DNA of 64,000 bases from NCBI GenBank assembly GCA_964016885.1, contig OZ024741.1, forward strand, positions 190,650,001-190,714,000, read 5' to 3'. This stretch comes from Eledone cirrhosa. Lineage: Eukaryota. Shown here piece by piece: positions 52,615-64,000 of this stretch (the first letter of the stretch is position 1; the number at the start of each line of letters is the position of its first letter). The notes beneath the pieces were generated by a model, which was given only the letters and a program-made list of their open reading frames with translations, searched no databases and had not been told where the DNA came from. The translations under genes were made by a program, and so were the position numbers.

Positions 52615-53832
52615 CTAGTTGAATGACCCGACGTTGCCTGGGTTACTGCTGTTCTTTTTCAGATTAGTAAACAATAAATATGAAGATATATATTTTTTCT
52701 CATAATTATTTCAAAATATGTATATTTTGTAAAAAAAAAAAAAATATCAAAATTGTAATGATAATAGAATTTTGAAATGAAAATCTGTCAATCTTGAAGC
52801 ACCTCAGGGTAAACAATATTCATTGTGTAATTTTTTGTTGGTGTCCAAATGAATAAATTGTTGCTGCTTTCAACTCATGAGCAACCAACGTAGAGTTGAC
52901 CAGAGAAACATGTAGTAGAGAGATCAAGTCAAACAACTTTGAAGGATTGACCCTGAGATTTATTAATTGAAATAACAAAACTTAGTTTGACTGGAAACTG
53001 AAGCTTCTTAAATTCAAATGGAACAGCTATAGATATGAGAGGAATTTTTAGAATAAAGACATTCTTTTTCAATATTGTAAACAAATAAGTATCAATATTC
53101 AAAAGAAATATATATTAATTATTATTTTTGTATGCAGTGTAAATTAACCAAATATAAGAAAATGTATTAAATTCTAATTTAACGGTATGAGAATATAAAT
53201 ATAAACGAACAGACACACATACACTCACACAAACACAAACTTATAAAAAACACAGACATACATTCATACAAACACACACAGTTTCACCCACCAGCGTTTG
53301 TTATGTCAGTTGTCACAGAAATATATATATACTCACCCACACATACATTCTCACATACACTCACACACATATACTTGTCAGTCATCACATGTGAAGATGT
53401 GTGTATGTGTTTAATTCTCTGTATATCTGCTTAAATATTTACGTGAAGATGTATGTGTATGTAACAAACATACGTAATGAATGTGTAAACACACACATAC
53501 TCACAAACACACACACACACATATACAAAATGTGACGTTGCTGTCATCGTCATCATCGACATCGCTGTCGTCGTCGACATCGCTGTCATCGTCGTCGTCG
53601 CTGTCATCATCGTCGTCGTCGCTGTCATCGCCGTCGTAATATAGTTGAGTATAGAAAGATTTATTTTAGTTAAAATGTTATATTGTTTTAATCCAATGGA
53701 AATAAAAATTACATGTTGTTTATCCTGGGAGGAGGGGGGAGGGGGTGTCTATAAAAGTTGATTTGATTTGGTCGAGCCATTTGAGAATGCATAAGGAAAC
53801 TGACAGACATACAGAGACTCAAAGTTCATATA
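52615..53832 (-). mobile_element. Non-autonomous Helitron-like element
   Basis: Minus-strand end aacccaggcaacgtcgggtcattcaaCTAG; microsatellite-rich body. Confidence 0.65.
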
Positions 53833-53854
53833 TAATCATACATATATATAGACA

Positions 53855-54038
53855 TGGATTGGCAGTATCGGTAGAGGGTCGGACGCCATGCTTTCCAGCA
53901 TAGTTACGTCCCTTTACGATCTGAGTTCAAATCCCGCTGAGGTTGACTTTGCCTTTCATCCTTACGGGTTCGATAAAATAAAGTACCAGTAATGCACTGG
54001 GTAATTGCTGGCCTTGTGCCTAAAGTAGAAACAATTAT
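53855..54038 (+). mobile_element. SINE copy
   Basis: Consensus match. Confidence 0.9.
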
Positions 54039-54359
54039 TTATATATATATATATGTGTGTGTAAATATATATATATATATATCATCATCATCATTATCAT
54101 CATCATCGATTAACATCTATCTTCACGCTAGCTTGGGTTAGCCATGTAGAGCGAATATATATATGTTTAAAAAAAATTTAAATATGGCAAAGCTGGCCAT
54201 TGATCGCTCGTATACAGGAAACTGACTGGCCAGTCTGCTAATATGCAGATCTGACTGATCAGCCAGTCTGCTAATATGCAAATCAGGCCGATCAGTCACT
54301 GTATATTTTAGAAAATATCATATATGTTCACTAGCTCTGACAATTGGCAGGTGAACAGT

Positions 54360-54409
54360 GAGCTGTACTGATGAAGGGTGATACCCAGAAACATTATTGT
54401 CTGCAGTTC
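54360..54409 (+). ncRNA. Type I hammerhead ribozyme, GUC site after 54401
   Basis: GAGCUGUA CUGAUGA A-GGGU-gau-ACCC-A GAAA CA-uuau-UG UC UGCAGUUC. Confidence 0.85.
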
Positions 54410-54485
54410 TGTTTACATGCCAACATAAGAGCAAGAATGAATGGTTCATTCTACATGTTGTTGAAGTGTGTTTTACTCCGTCAAT

Positions 54486-54604
54486 ACATCGATTTATCCA
54501 GCTCCTGGTTGTGTTGTTATTCCTCTGAGGAACTGGAATCATATGCTATGATTCCAGTTCCTCAGAGGAATAACAACACAACTAGGAGCTGGACATATCG
54601 ATGT
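54486..54604. repeat. Hairpin with ~58-bp arms and a very short loop
   Basis: ...gttattcctctgaggaactggaatcata-tgc-tatgattccagttcctcagaggaataac... Confidence 0.92.
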
Positions 54605-54735
54605 ACCTGTCTTTCCCACACCGATTCGGACTGCCTGAAAAGGTCACAGCCAATGATGGCTGTCACCGAAATATATATAACAGTATATATATAATTTATA
54701 ATAAGCGAAGCCAAATTTTACATATTTGACTTAAT

Positions 54736-56023
<1,288 letters not shown>

Positions 56024-56335
56024 CGCTGGTACCACAAGACATACAGCCCACATCGTAAAGTGATCATGTAGGTGTCAGGACAAAAAGCACCCAGCCCATA
56101 CTGTTAAGTGGACGTATAAAAGACACGACAAAAAGTACCCAGCACACAATGTCAATGTGGTTGGCGTTAGGAATGGCATCCAGCCATAGAAAACCAGATA
56201 GAAACACTCCTAAATGAGCAAGACATGGACACCCAACCCAACTTACCTCTAAATGGAACAAACCCGTCTAACCCATGCTAGCGTGGAAGATAGACGTTAA
56301 TCGATGATGATGATAATGATGATGATACACACACA

Positions 56336-57215
<880 letters not shown>

Positions 57216-57266
57216 TTTATCCCTATCGAGCCCTCTTTGGATTTTAGTCTTCAAATTTATTATTAT

Positions 57267-57304
<38 letters not shown>

Positions 57305-57395
57305 TAAAATAACAGATTAAAGTTTAAGCAAAGAATCGCTGCTTTCACCCTTAACGGTTTGGATTTTAGTCTTCAAATTTATTATTATTACTATA

Positions 57396-59701
57396 TCACC
57401 TTGATCACCTTGACCGACCAGTCTGTCGGGCGTCCATTCGGCGCCGCTGATCACAGCACGCCGTCCATTCCTCTCTGTAGTCCTCATCCATGTAGTCCCA
57501 ATCGTATTCTTCAAATCGTAACTCCACTCTACCTAATGGAGGCCTTCCGAATTGTCGTTTCCGCTCACGCGGGTACCACTCGGCAACTGCGCAGGTCCAC
57601 CGATTATCGGTGAACCGGGCGACGTGTCCAGCCCATCTGAACTTGCTGCGCATATATTCCGTGATGACGTCCCTCACGCCGGACTTCTGTCTGATGACTT
57701 CGCTCCTGATGTGCTCTCTCAACGAGATTCCTAGCATTGATCTCTCCATGGCTCTTTGAGCCGTTAGAAACCTCTGCTCTTCTCTCTTCGTTGAGGCCCA
57801 AGTTTCACTGCCATATAACATTGCAGGTAAAACTGTGCTATTGAAGAGGTTGGCGCGCGTGGTCTTGTCCAACCTCCCCTTGAGCACATCCCTTATGCCG
57901 TTAAACGCCTTCCATCCGGCCCTTACTATCCGCGAGATCTCCCTCTCAATGTCTCGGCGCATGTTCACTTCTTGTCCCAGATAGACGTATTCCTCCACCA
58001 CCTCTATTTCATCACCGCCAACCACAATTCGACCTGTTGCTACGTTGTCGGACCTCATGAACTTCGTTTTCATGCGTTCATCTTGAGGCCTACTGCAGAG
58101 CTTTTGATGTCGAGCTCCGTCAGCATTGTCTGAAGCTGATCCGTGGTTTCAGCGATGAGTACGATGTCATCAGCGAAACGGAGGTGGGCAAGTATCTCGC
58201 CGTTGATGTTGACACCGCCTTGCCAGTCAATGCCTCTGATGATCTGCTCGAGACACGCGGTGAAAAGTTTTGGAGAGATCGTATCTCCTTGCTTCACTCC
58301 CTTCTCGACCGGCACTCGTACGGGTGATGACAGCAGAGCTATGTCGGTGGTGCATCCGGAACACGCCTCCCTGAGCAGTTGAACGTATTGCGCCTCGACT
58401 CCTTGCCTCTGCAGCGAGTTCAGCACTGCGTTGATTTCGACGCTGTCGAAGGTCTTCTCGTAGTCTACGAACGCAACGTAAAGAGGCATCTTGTACTCTT
58501 TTGCTCGCTCAAGCAGTTGTGTTAGAGTAAATATGTGATCCATCATGCTGTAGTTTTTCAGGAAGCCGGCTTGCTCTCTCGGTTGCTGTTCGTCCAGATG
58601 ACGTGATAACCTGTTCAGGATTATCTTCGTGAACAGCTTGTACATGTGAGACAGCAGGCATATGGGTCGGTAGTTCTTCAGATCTTCTCTATCGCCCTTC
58701 TTGTATAGCAGGATGGTATTCGACTCTTTCCACTGCGAGGGTATTCTTCCCTCGTCCAGATAGTGTGTGAATCGCTCGGCGAGGATTTTCCAGAGCTGCT
58801 CTCCGCCTGACTTCAACACCTCCGATGTTATGCCGTCTTTCCCTGGCGCCTTTCCGATTTTCATCAAGCCGACGGCTCTTTCGACCTCACCGACAAGGAT
58901 GGGTGGCACATTTTCTTCCTGTTGGAGTGACGGCAACGGCTGCACATTCCCGGCAGACTTGAAGAGCTTGGTGTAGAAGTCTTCGCAAACCTTTTCCACC
59001 TCACTCTTGTCGCTGACCGGTACTCCATCTGTGTTTTTCAGGGTTGTCACCTCCGATCTGTACATTGCCATGTCCCTCTCGCATTTCTTGAGGCTCTTCT
59101 TTTCCTTTGCGGCCTTCAGGAGCTTCTCCATCCAGTATGCCTCGAAGTCTCTCTTCAGTTGTTGACGTATCACTCTGCTGAGAAGGGAATATTCGAGGTG
59201 ATCTTCAGGTGTCCTCTTCATATTCTTCCTCTTCTCAAGCAACTTCATAGTTTCCTCCGAGACTCTTCCCTTCCGCTCCCTCGGGCACACACCCTTAGCC
59301 CTCCTCAAGCACTCCTTCAGTTTCCTTATCAGTAAGTCGTAGTCAGCGTCTATGCCGTCTCCTTGACGACACTTTTCCTGCATAATGGCTTCCTGTAGCT
59401 GCGCCTCGTTGAACACCCGGACGCGTTCTCCCTTCGACGCAAAATGCAGCGCCTTCTTCTCCCACGTCCGGTCGATGACGATCCTCACCCTCACCAGACG
59501 ATGATCACTGCCAGTGTTGAATGGCGTTATGACGGAGTCGTCCTGCAGTATGCGTCGCTTGTCGACCAAGATGTAGTCAATCTCGTTTCGGTGCTCAGAA
59601 TTTAGCGATACCCAGGTCCATCTCTTCTCCTTCTTCTTCCTGAATAGGCTGTTTCCGATGTAGAGCCGTCTCGCCTCCGCCATGGTGACCAGACGCTCTC
59701 C
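57396..59701 (-). mobile_element. RTE-clade LINE 3' portion (APE C-terminus and RT), young
   Basis: EIDYIL, SDHRLV, KAPGKDGI, YRPICLL, QGDTISP, RFADDI; short (tcaaggtga)2 tail. Confidence 0.95.
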
Positions 59702-60500
59702 TGGCGCAGAGGTGACCCTGGCTGTCTGATAGCTATGGTAGCGGGAGTCAATGTCCTGGCAGGTTTTACCATGCTACACAGGTATCAGACTATTGATCCT
59801 AGAGATGATTCATCATCTTCTAGAGTTCAAAAGCTAGCTAAACTGAAGAGGTATCGGCCTGCCCGCCCAGCCAGTGGGATGGCGTCATCTTATGGTTAAA
59901 ACAGCACGAAGAAAAGGGCCTCAGTACCCTGCGCGTCAATCGGGCCACTCCACGACGGCGGAGTGCAATCCGAGCGACGAGAGGCTGCTAAGAATCACAG
60001 GTTCCCGAAGGCTGCCAAGGAACAGGACTAACTTTGCCATATGCACCTACAACGGCAGGTCTTTGGCAGGGTGGCAAGGACTGAACCACCTAATGGAGGA
60101 GAAGAAGAAGATCAGGTGCGACGTGTTAGGGCTGTGTGAGACCCGCCAGAAGAAGGAGGCGAGTTCGCGATGGCAAGATGGATGCGCCTTGAGACTCGGG
60201 AAAGCAGAGGGTGCCAGTTCGGTCGGAGGTATAGGGTTCATCGTAAGCAAGGTATGGGCTTCAAAGGTCGCTTCTTGCCAGTTCATATCGTCATGGATTG
60301 GTGTACTGAACGTGAACCTCTCAGGGAAAGCCACCCTCAAGATCGTCCAGACCTACGCTTCCACAAGTGCCAGCGACGACGATGAGGTGGAAGAATTCTA
60401 TCGCCAGCTAGACAAAGTGCTAGCTGTGAAGTCCACTTACACCATCGTGATGGGAGACTTCAACGCAAAGGTCGGACAGGGACGGCAAGGAGAAGAGTAT
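59700..60500 (+). mobile_element. Inverted 5' portion of the same RTE (5' UTR and APE N-terminus)
   Basis: CTYNGRSL, LGLCET, GDFNAKVG; ends shortly before the residues where the minus part starts (GERLV). Confidence 0.9.
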
Positions 60501-60577
60501 TACTATATATAATATATATATATATATATAAATTAATAAAAACAAAGAAACAGTTCCTTATATTAAAAAAATTCATA

Positions 60578-60703
60578 ATTTTACGATCGTTTCTAGGATA
60601 TATATGTGTGTTGGTATGTATATCATATAGATCTATGTAAAAATTTTACAAACTATCAGAAGAAATATACATACCTACACATATATATGCTGTCTTCAGA
60701 AAT
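60578..60703 (-). ncRNA. Minimal type I hammerhead with ~99-nt stem II, GUA site
   Basis: AUUU CUGAAGA cag-cauauauaugugu-agguauguauau...auauacauacc..acacauauauau-ccua GAAA C-gauc-G UA AAAU. Confidence 0.75.
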
Positions 60704-61030
60704 AATTGTTTCTACTTTTGGCACCCTCTAACGATAGAAATAATTGTTTCTACTTTAGGCACAAGCCCAGCAATTACCCAGTGCATTACTGGTACTTTAT
60801 TTTATCGACCCCGTAAGGATGAAAGGCAAAGTCAACATCGGCGGCATTTGAACTCAGATCGTAAAGGGACGTAACTATGCTGGAAAGCATGGCGTCCGAC
60901 CCTCTACTGATACTGCCAATCCACCGCCCTCTATCTACCGATAGAAATAATTGTTTCTACTTTAGGCACAAGGCCAGCAATTACCCAATGCATTACTGGT
61001 ACTTTATTTTATCGACCCCGTCGATAGAAA
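60700..61030 (-). mobile_element. SINE (60740-60930) with partial tandem 3' copies
   Basis: gatagaaataattgtttctacttt-like motif recurs three to four times. Confidence 0.85.
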
Positions 61031-61043
61031 TAATGATATTTGT

Positions 61044-61720
61044 TTATTGAAAAAAAAACCAACAAAGATTTAATATAATAGGTCTAACATTTTTTTTACT
61101 AATGATGCCAATGTCAGATTTGGAAGGGCATATAAGACTTATAGAAGGATTAGAGTTAAAGTTAGATTTGTGATCTTTCAGGTTAAAGTGTGGTTTTTTC
61201 AGTGCCAAAGGTTCAGTTCTATCTTCAATATTGAGTTTATTTACTATGTTGTGTTTTGTTGTTGATATTGGTAAGTGCAGCATTATTTGTTTTTTTTAAT
61301 AATTTTTCCTGAGTTCTTTATAAATGAACTCATTGTAATTATCAATATCCATGTGGTACAGATTTCCAGTTTTGTCAGAGTGGACATGGACTTTGTTAGA
61401 TTTTTTTAGATCCAATAGGGTAGAATCAAGATCCTTTTGAAAATTAGATTTATATTTCTTAAATTTGAGGTGTTTGATTAAGTTAAAAAGGTCTTTCTCG
61501 AAGTTTTCAAGCAAGGAGTTGTGTGGTGGGTTCTTATATGTAGTGAAATCATATAAATATTTCTTATCAGTACATTTTGTTTTTTTTATGAAAGTGGTAG
61601 GCCCTCCATCTGACCCTTTTGATGAATTGGTTGGTTTTTTGTATCATAAGAAGTAAGAATTCATCCTTAGAAGGTATTGGTATATTCTTTAAAGAAGTTT
61701 CCAAGTATTGTTTTTCCATT
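61044..61720 (-). pseudogene. Penelope-like RT N-terminal region, frameshifted
   Basis: SLKNIPIPSK...FIKRVRWRAYHF; FEKDLFNLIK...SDKTGNLY; LKDHKSNF...LICPSKSDIGIISK. Confidence 0.85.
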
Positions 61721-61845
61721 GTAATATGGATAATGGACAAGAAAAAGAGCTCAACTATATACATAGGGAGTTATAAAATTATATATATAAATATAAAAAA
61801 TATATATTAAAATATGAATACCTGTATAAAATTAGGAGCAAAGTA

Positions 61846-62040
61846 TGTAGATAAATCTACCAAAATATACTGTAGTGTTCAATCCGTATGAAGAACTCAA
61901 TGTAATCCAACTATCATGAAAAGAGATGTATTCAACATTTTTTTTCGATGAAAATCACAGGAAAACAGAGTCTTTCATGATATTTGGATTACATTGAGTT
62001 CTTCATACGGATTGGACACTACAGTATATTTTGGTAGATT

Positions 62041-62048
<8 letters not shown>
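61846..62048. repeat. Inverted repeat (~76-bp arms) upstream of the Penelope-like ORF, with decayed hammerhead-like loop (61927-61967 -)
   Basis: Arms are reverse-complementary; loop reads UGUUUUC CUGUGA...GAAA...GUU GAAUACA. Confidence 0.85.
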
Positions 62049-62114
<66 letters not shown>

Positions 62115-62204
62115 GAAGGAGTTGTGGTAAGGAAACAGATGGATCATAACGCACCAAAGTACTCAATACTTGAGGTAGTAGAGTGGGTAATAGGAACCAG
62201 TAAG

Positions 62205-62298
62205 ACCCCGACGGCTGAGCTCAAGCCGTTTCGACGGCTAATTCTGGACTAAATGAAAATTTATCCTGGTATTTAAATAGCCGATCTTCTCAAGGGGT
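62205..62298 (-). ncRNA. Type I hammerhead with compensatory U3-A8 core, GUC site
   Basis: ACCCC UUGAGAA GA-u-CGGCUA...UAGCCG-UC GAAA CGGCU-ugagcuc-AGCCG UC GGGGU. Confidence 0.85.
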
Positions 62299-63564
62299 AA
62301 TTCCATATATGGTCAATGTGATTGTCAAAAGTCAGTAGTAATTCTGTGATTGCAAATTAGTAGGAAAGATGGTGGCTAAACCTGCCAGTAGGAGAAAGAG
62401 GGGAGGGGTGGAGTAGACCCAATCAAGCGTTGGTAGTGCCAGCTACAGCTGGGCATGAGGTCAAAGAAGATACTGGGGAGGGGGAGGGGGAGGAAGTCGG
62501 AACGGTAGGTAGAACAATGAGGAGTAAAAATATATATGAAAGAAAAAATACTGAGGGTGAAGAAAAGCGAATAGGTGTAAAGGAAAAAGTAAAGCAAGTT
62601 CTACGACCTAAGTCTCTAGCTATTGTTAGGCTAGATAAATAAATAAAGAAAGAAAGAAAGAAGTAAAGAAAGAAATAAAGAAATAACGAAATAAGTAAAT
62701 GAACTAGGTGGGACGGAATAGGCAAGGACCCTTTTAAGAGGTATAAGTACGTAAATCATACGGTGACGGGTCAACAAATGGGGCCAAACTACTAAAGAGA
62801 CTACCACGAAATAAATAATAAAGGTTTCTATCCCGGGCCCAATGCCAGCAACCACCCAGTGCAGCAAAGTAAACTAGTACGAGATAATAATTCTGAGTCC
62901 CGAAAAAAATATATACTAATGCTAACTCTAAAAGATCTTAAACAAGCTACATGAAAGTTCGTACGAAGTAAAGGTAGGATACGGAAAAATAAATTCAGAA
63001 TCCACCCCGCCCAAAAGAAAAGCGAAGAAAGAAATACTGAAACGAGAAAATAAGGCGTAAGTGCCACTAAGAAATATAGAAGGCACGGAAAATAGTGGGA
63101 GCGGTCGGAAAAAGGGGGCAAGTATCCGGGGTCTAAACCAACTGCTATAAAAAGCGGAGTCCGCCAAATCTATCATAGACTAGGGGAGGGGTGGGGGTAC
63201 TAAGGCTACAAGGGGCCAAAGGGCAGCCTCGGGTGGGCGAGAAAAGACGCCGACAAAGAAGAAGAGCTGGGGTAGAAGGACTAAGTAGGGATGGGGGGAA
63301 GGAATAAAGGAAGCGATAAAAGAATAAAAAGAAGATCTTACGTCTCCCTTGGCAAGCAGGGGTTACCCATTGCAAAATCGGCAAGTGGGGTGTTATAGCC
63401 CTAGTCTACCCCCCCGGGTCATTATGGGGTTTGAGGGCGAGGTAAGTCCTACGCAAGCTATGTTTACATGCAGTAACCAGTTCATCTTTCTTGTTTAGGA
63501 GTTGGTCCGTCGAAAACAGCATTTGTAAAGTTTCCTCCGAGCATAAATTGCACGGACGGCGTCC

Positions 63565-63885
63565 TATATAGGACTTACCGCATGTGACTTCAAGACCCGG
63601 CTATACCAACATAGACATACCTTCCGAAACCCGGCCCGGCGTCACGCCACTACACTTTCGGGCCACATATGGGACCTCAAGGACAACAACATCACCTATG
63701 ATCTCACTTGGAGATTACTGTCTAGAGCCAATTCTTACACGGGAGGACGCCGTCCGTGCAATTTATGCTCGCAGGAAACTTTACAAATGCTGTTTTCGAC
63801 GGACCAACTCCTAAACAAGAAAGATGAACTGGTTACTGCATGTAAACATAGATTGCGTAGGACTTACCTCGCCCTCAAACCCCAT
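63565..63885 (+). pseudogene. GIY-YIG endonuclease C-terminal half of a Penelope-like element (no start codon; absent from the ORF track)
   Basis: YIGLTACDFKTRLYQHRHTF...TTLSGHIWDLK...CNLCSQE...LLNKKDELVTACKH. Confidence 0.9.
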
Positions 63886-64000
63886 AATGACCCGGGGGGG
63901 GGGGTAGACTAGGGCCAAGGGAGACGTAAGATCTTCTTTTTATTCTTTTATCGCTTCCTTTATTTCCTTCCCCCCATCCCTACTTAGTCCTTCTACCCCA

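Larger units (their letters stand above)
62110..64000. mobile_element. Penelope-like element, head-to-head: minus copy 62110-63565 and plus copy 63565 to window end
   Basis: 63268-63565 is the reverse complement of 63744-64000 (one ~45-nt indel); left end abuts (TA)n. Confidence 0.9.

Noticed and set aside
63584-63814. Track ORF MTSRPGY...
   Set aside because: Wrong frame; the meaningful product is the start-less GIY-YIG frame from 63565

Overview
AT-rich, repeat-dense animal genomic DNA. The SINE and microsatellite repertoire looks like an octopus (coleoid cephalopod); this is my recognition, not a database result. Four or five small plus-strand exons (3.1-34.6 kb) splice in frame into a protein with a Y-x-x-L-x-DPHL-x-x-YF motif followed by a PLAT/LH2 domain. 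The rest is transposon debris: Tx1/L1, RTE, CR1-like and RLE (R4/Dong-like) LINEs, DD37D Tc1/mariner relics, Helitrons and about 20 tRNA-type SINEs. The most striking signal is invisible in the ORF track: about ten long inverted repeats, mostly inside (TA)n tracts, many carrying a type I hammerhead ribozyme fold on or between the arms. Several hammerheads have non-canonical cores (U3-A8, U4A/C, mismatched 10.1/11.1, stem II of about 80-100 nt). Penelope-like RT and GIY-YIG fragments lie next to three of them, which indicates inverted pseudo-LTR insertions of several ribozyme-bearing Penelope-like families. Also present: an 8.2-kb composite block between 64-bp direct repeats that splits one SINE, a twin-primed RTE with a target-site duplication, and a (TATC)n-nested Tx1 array. 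All folds and translations were done by eye.
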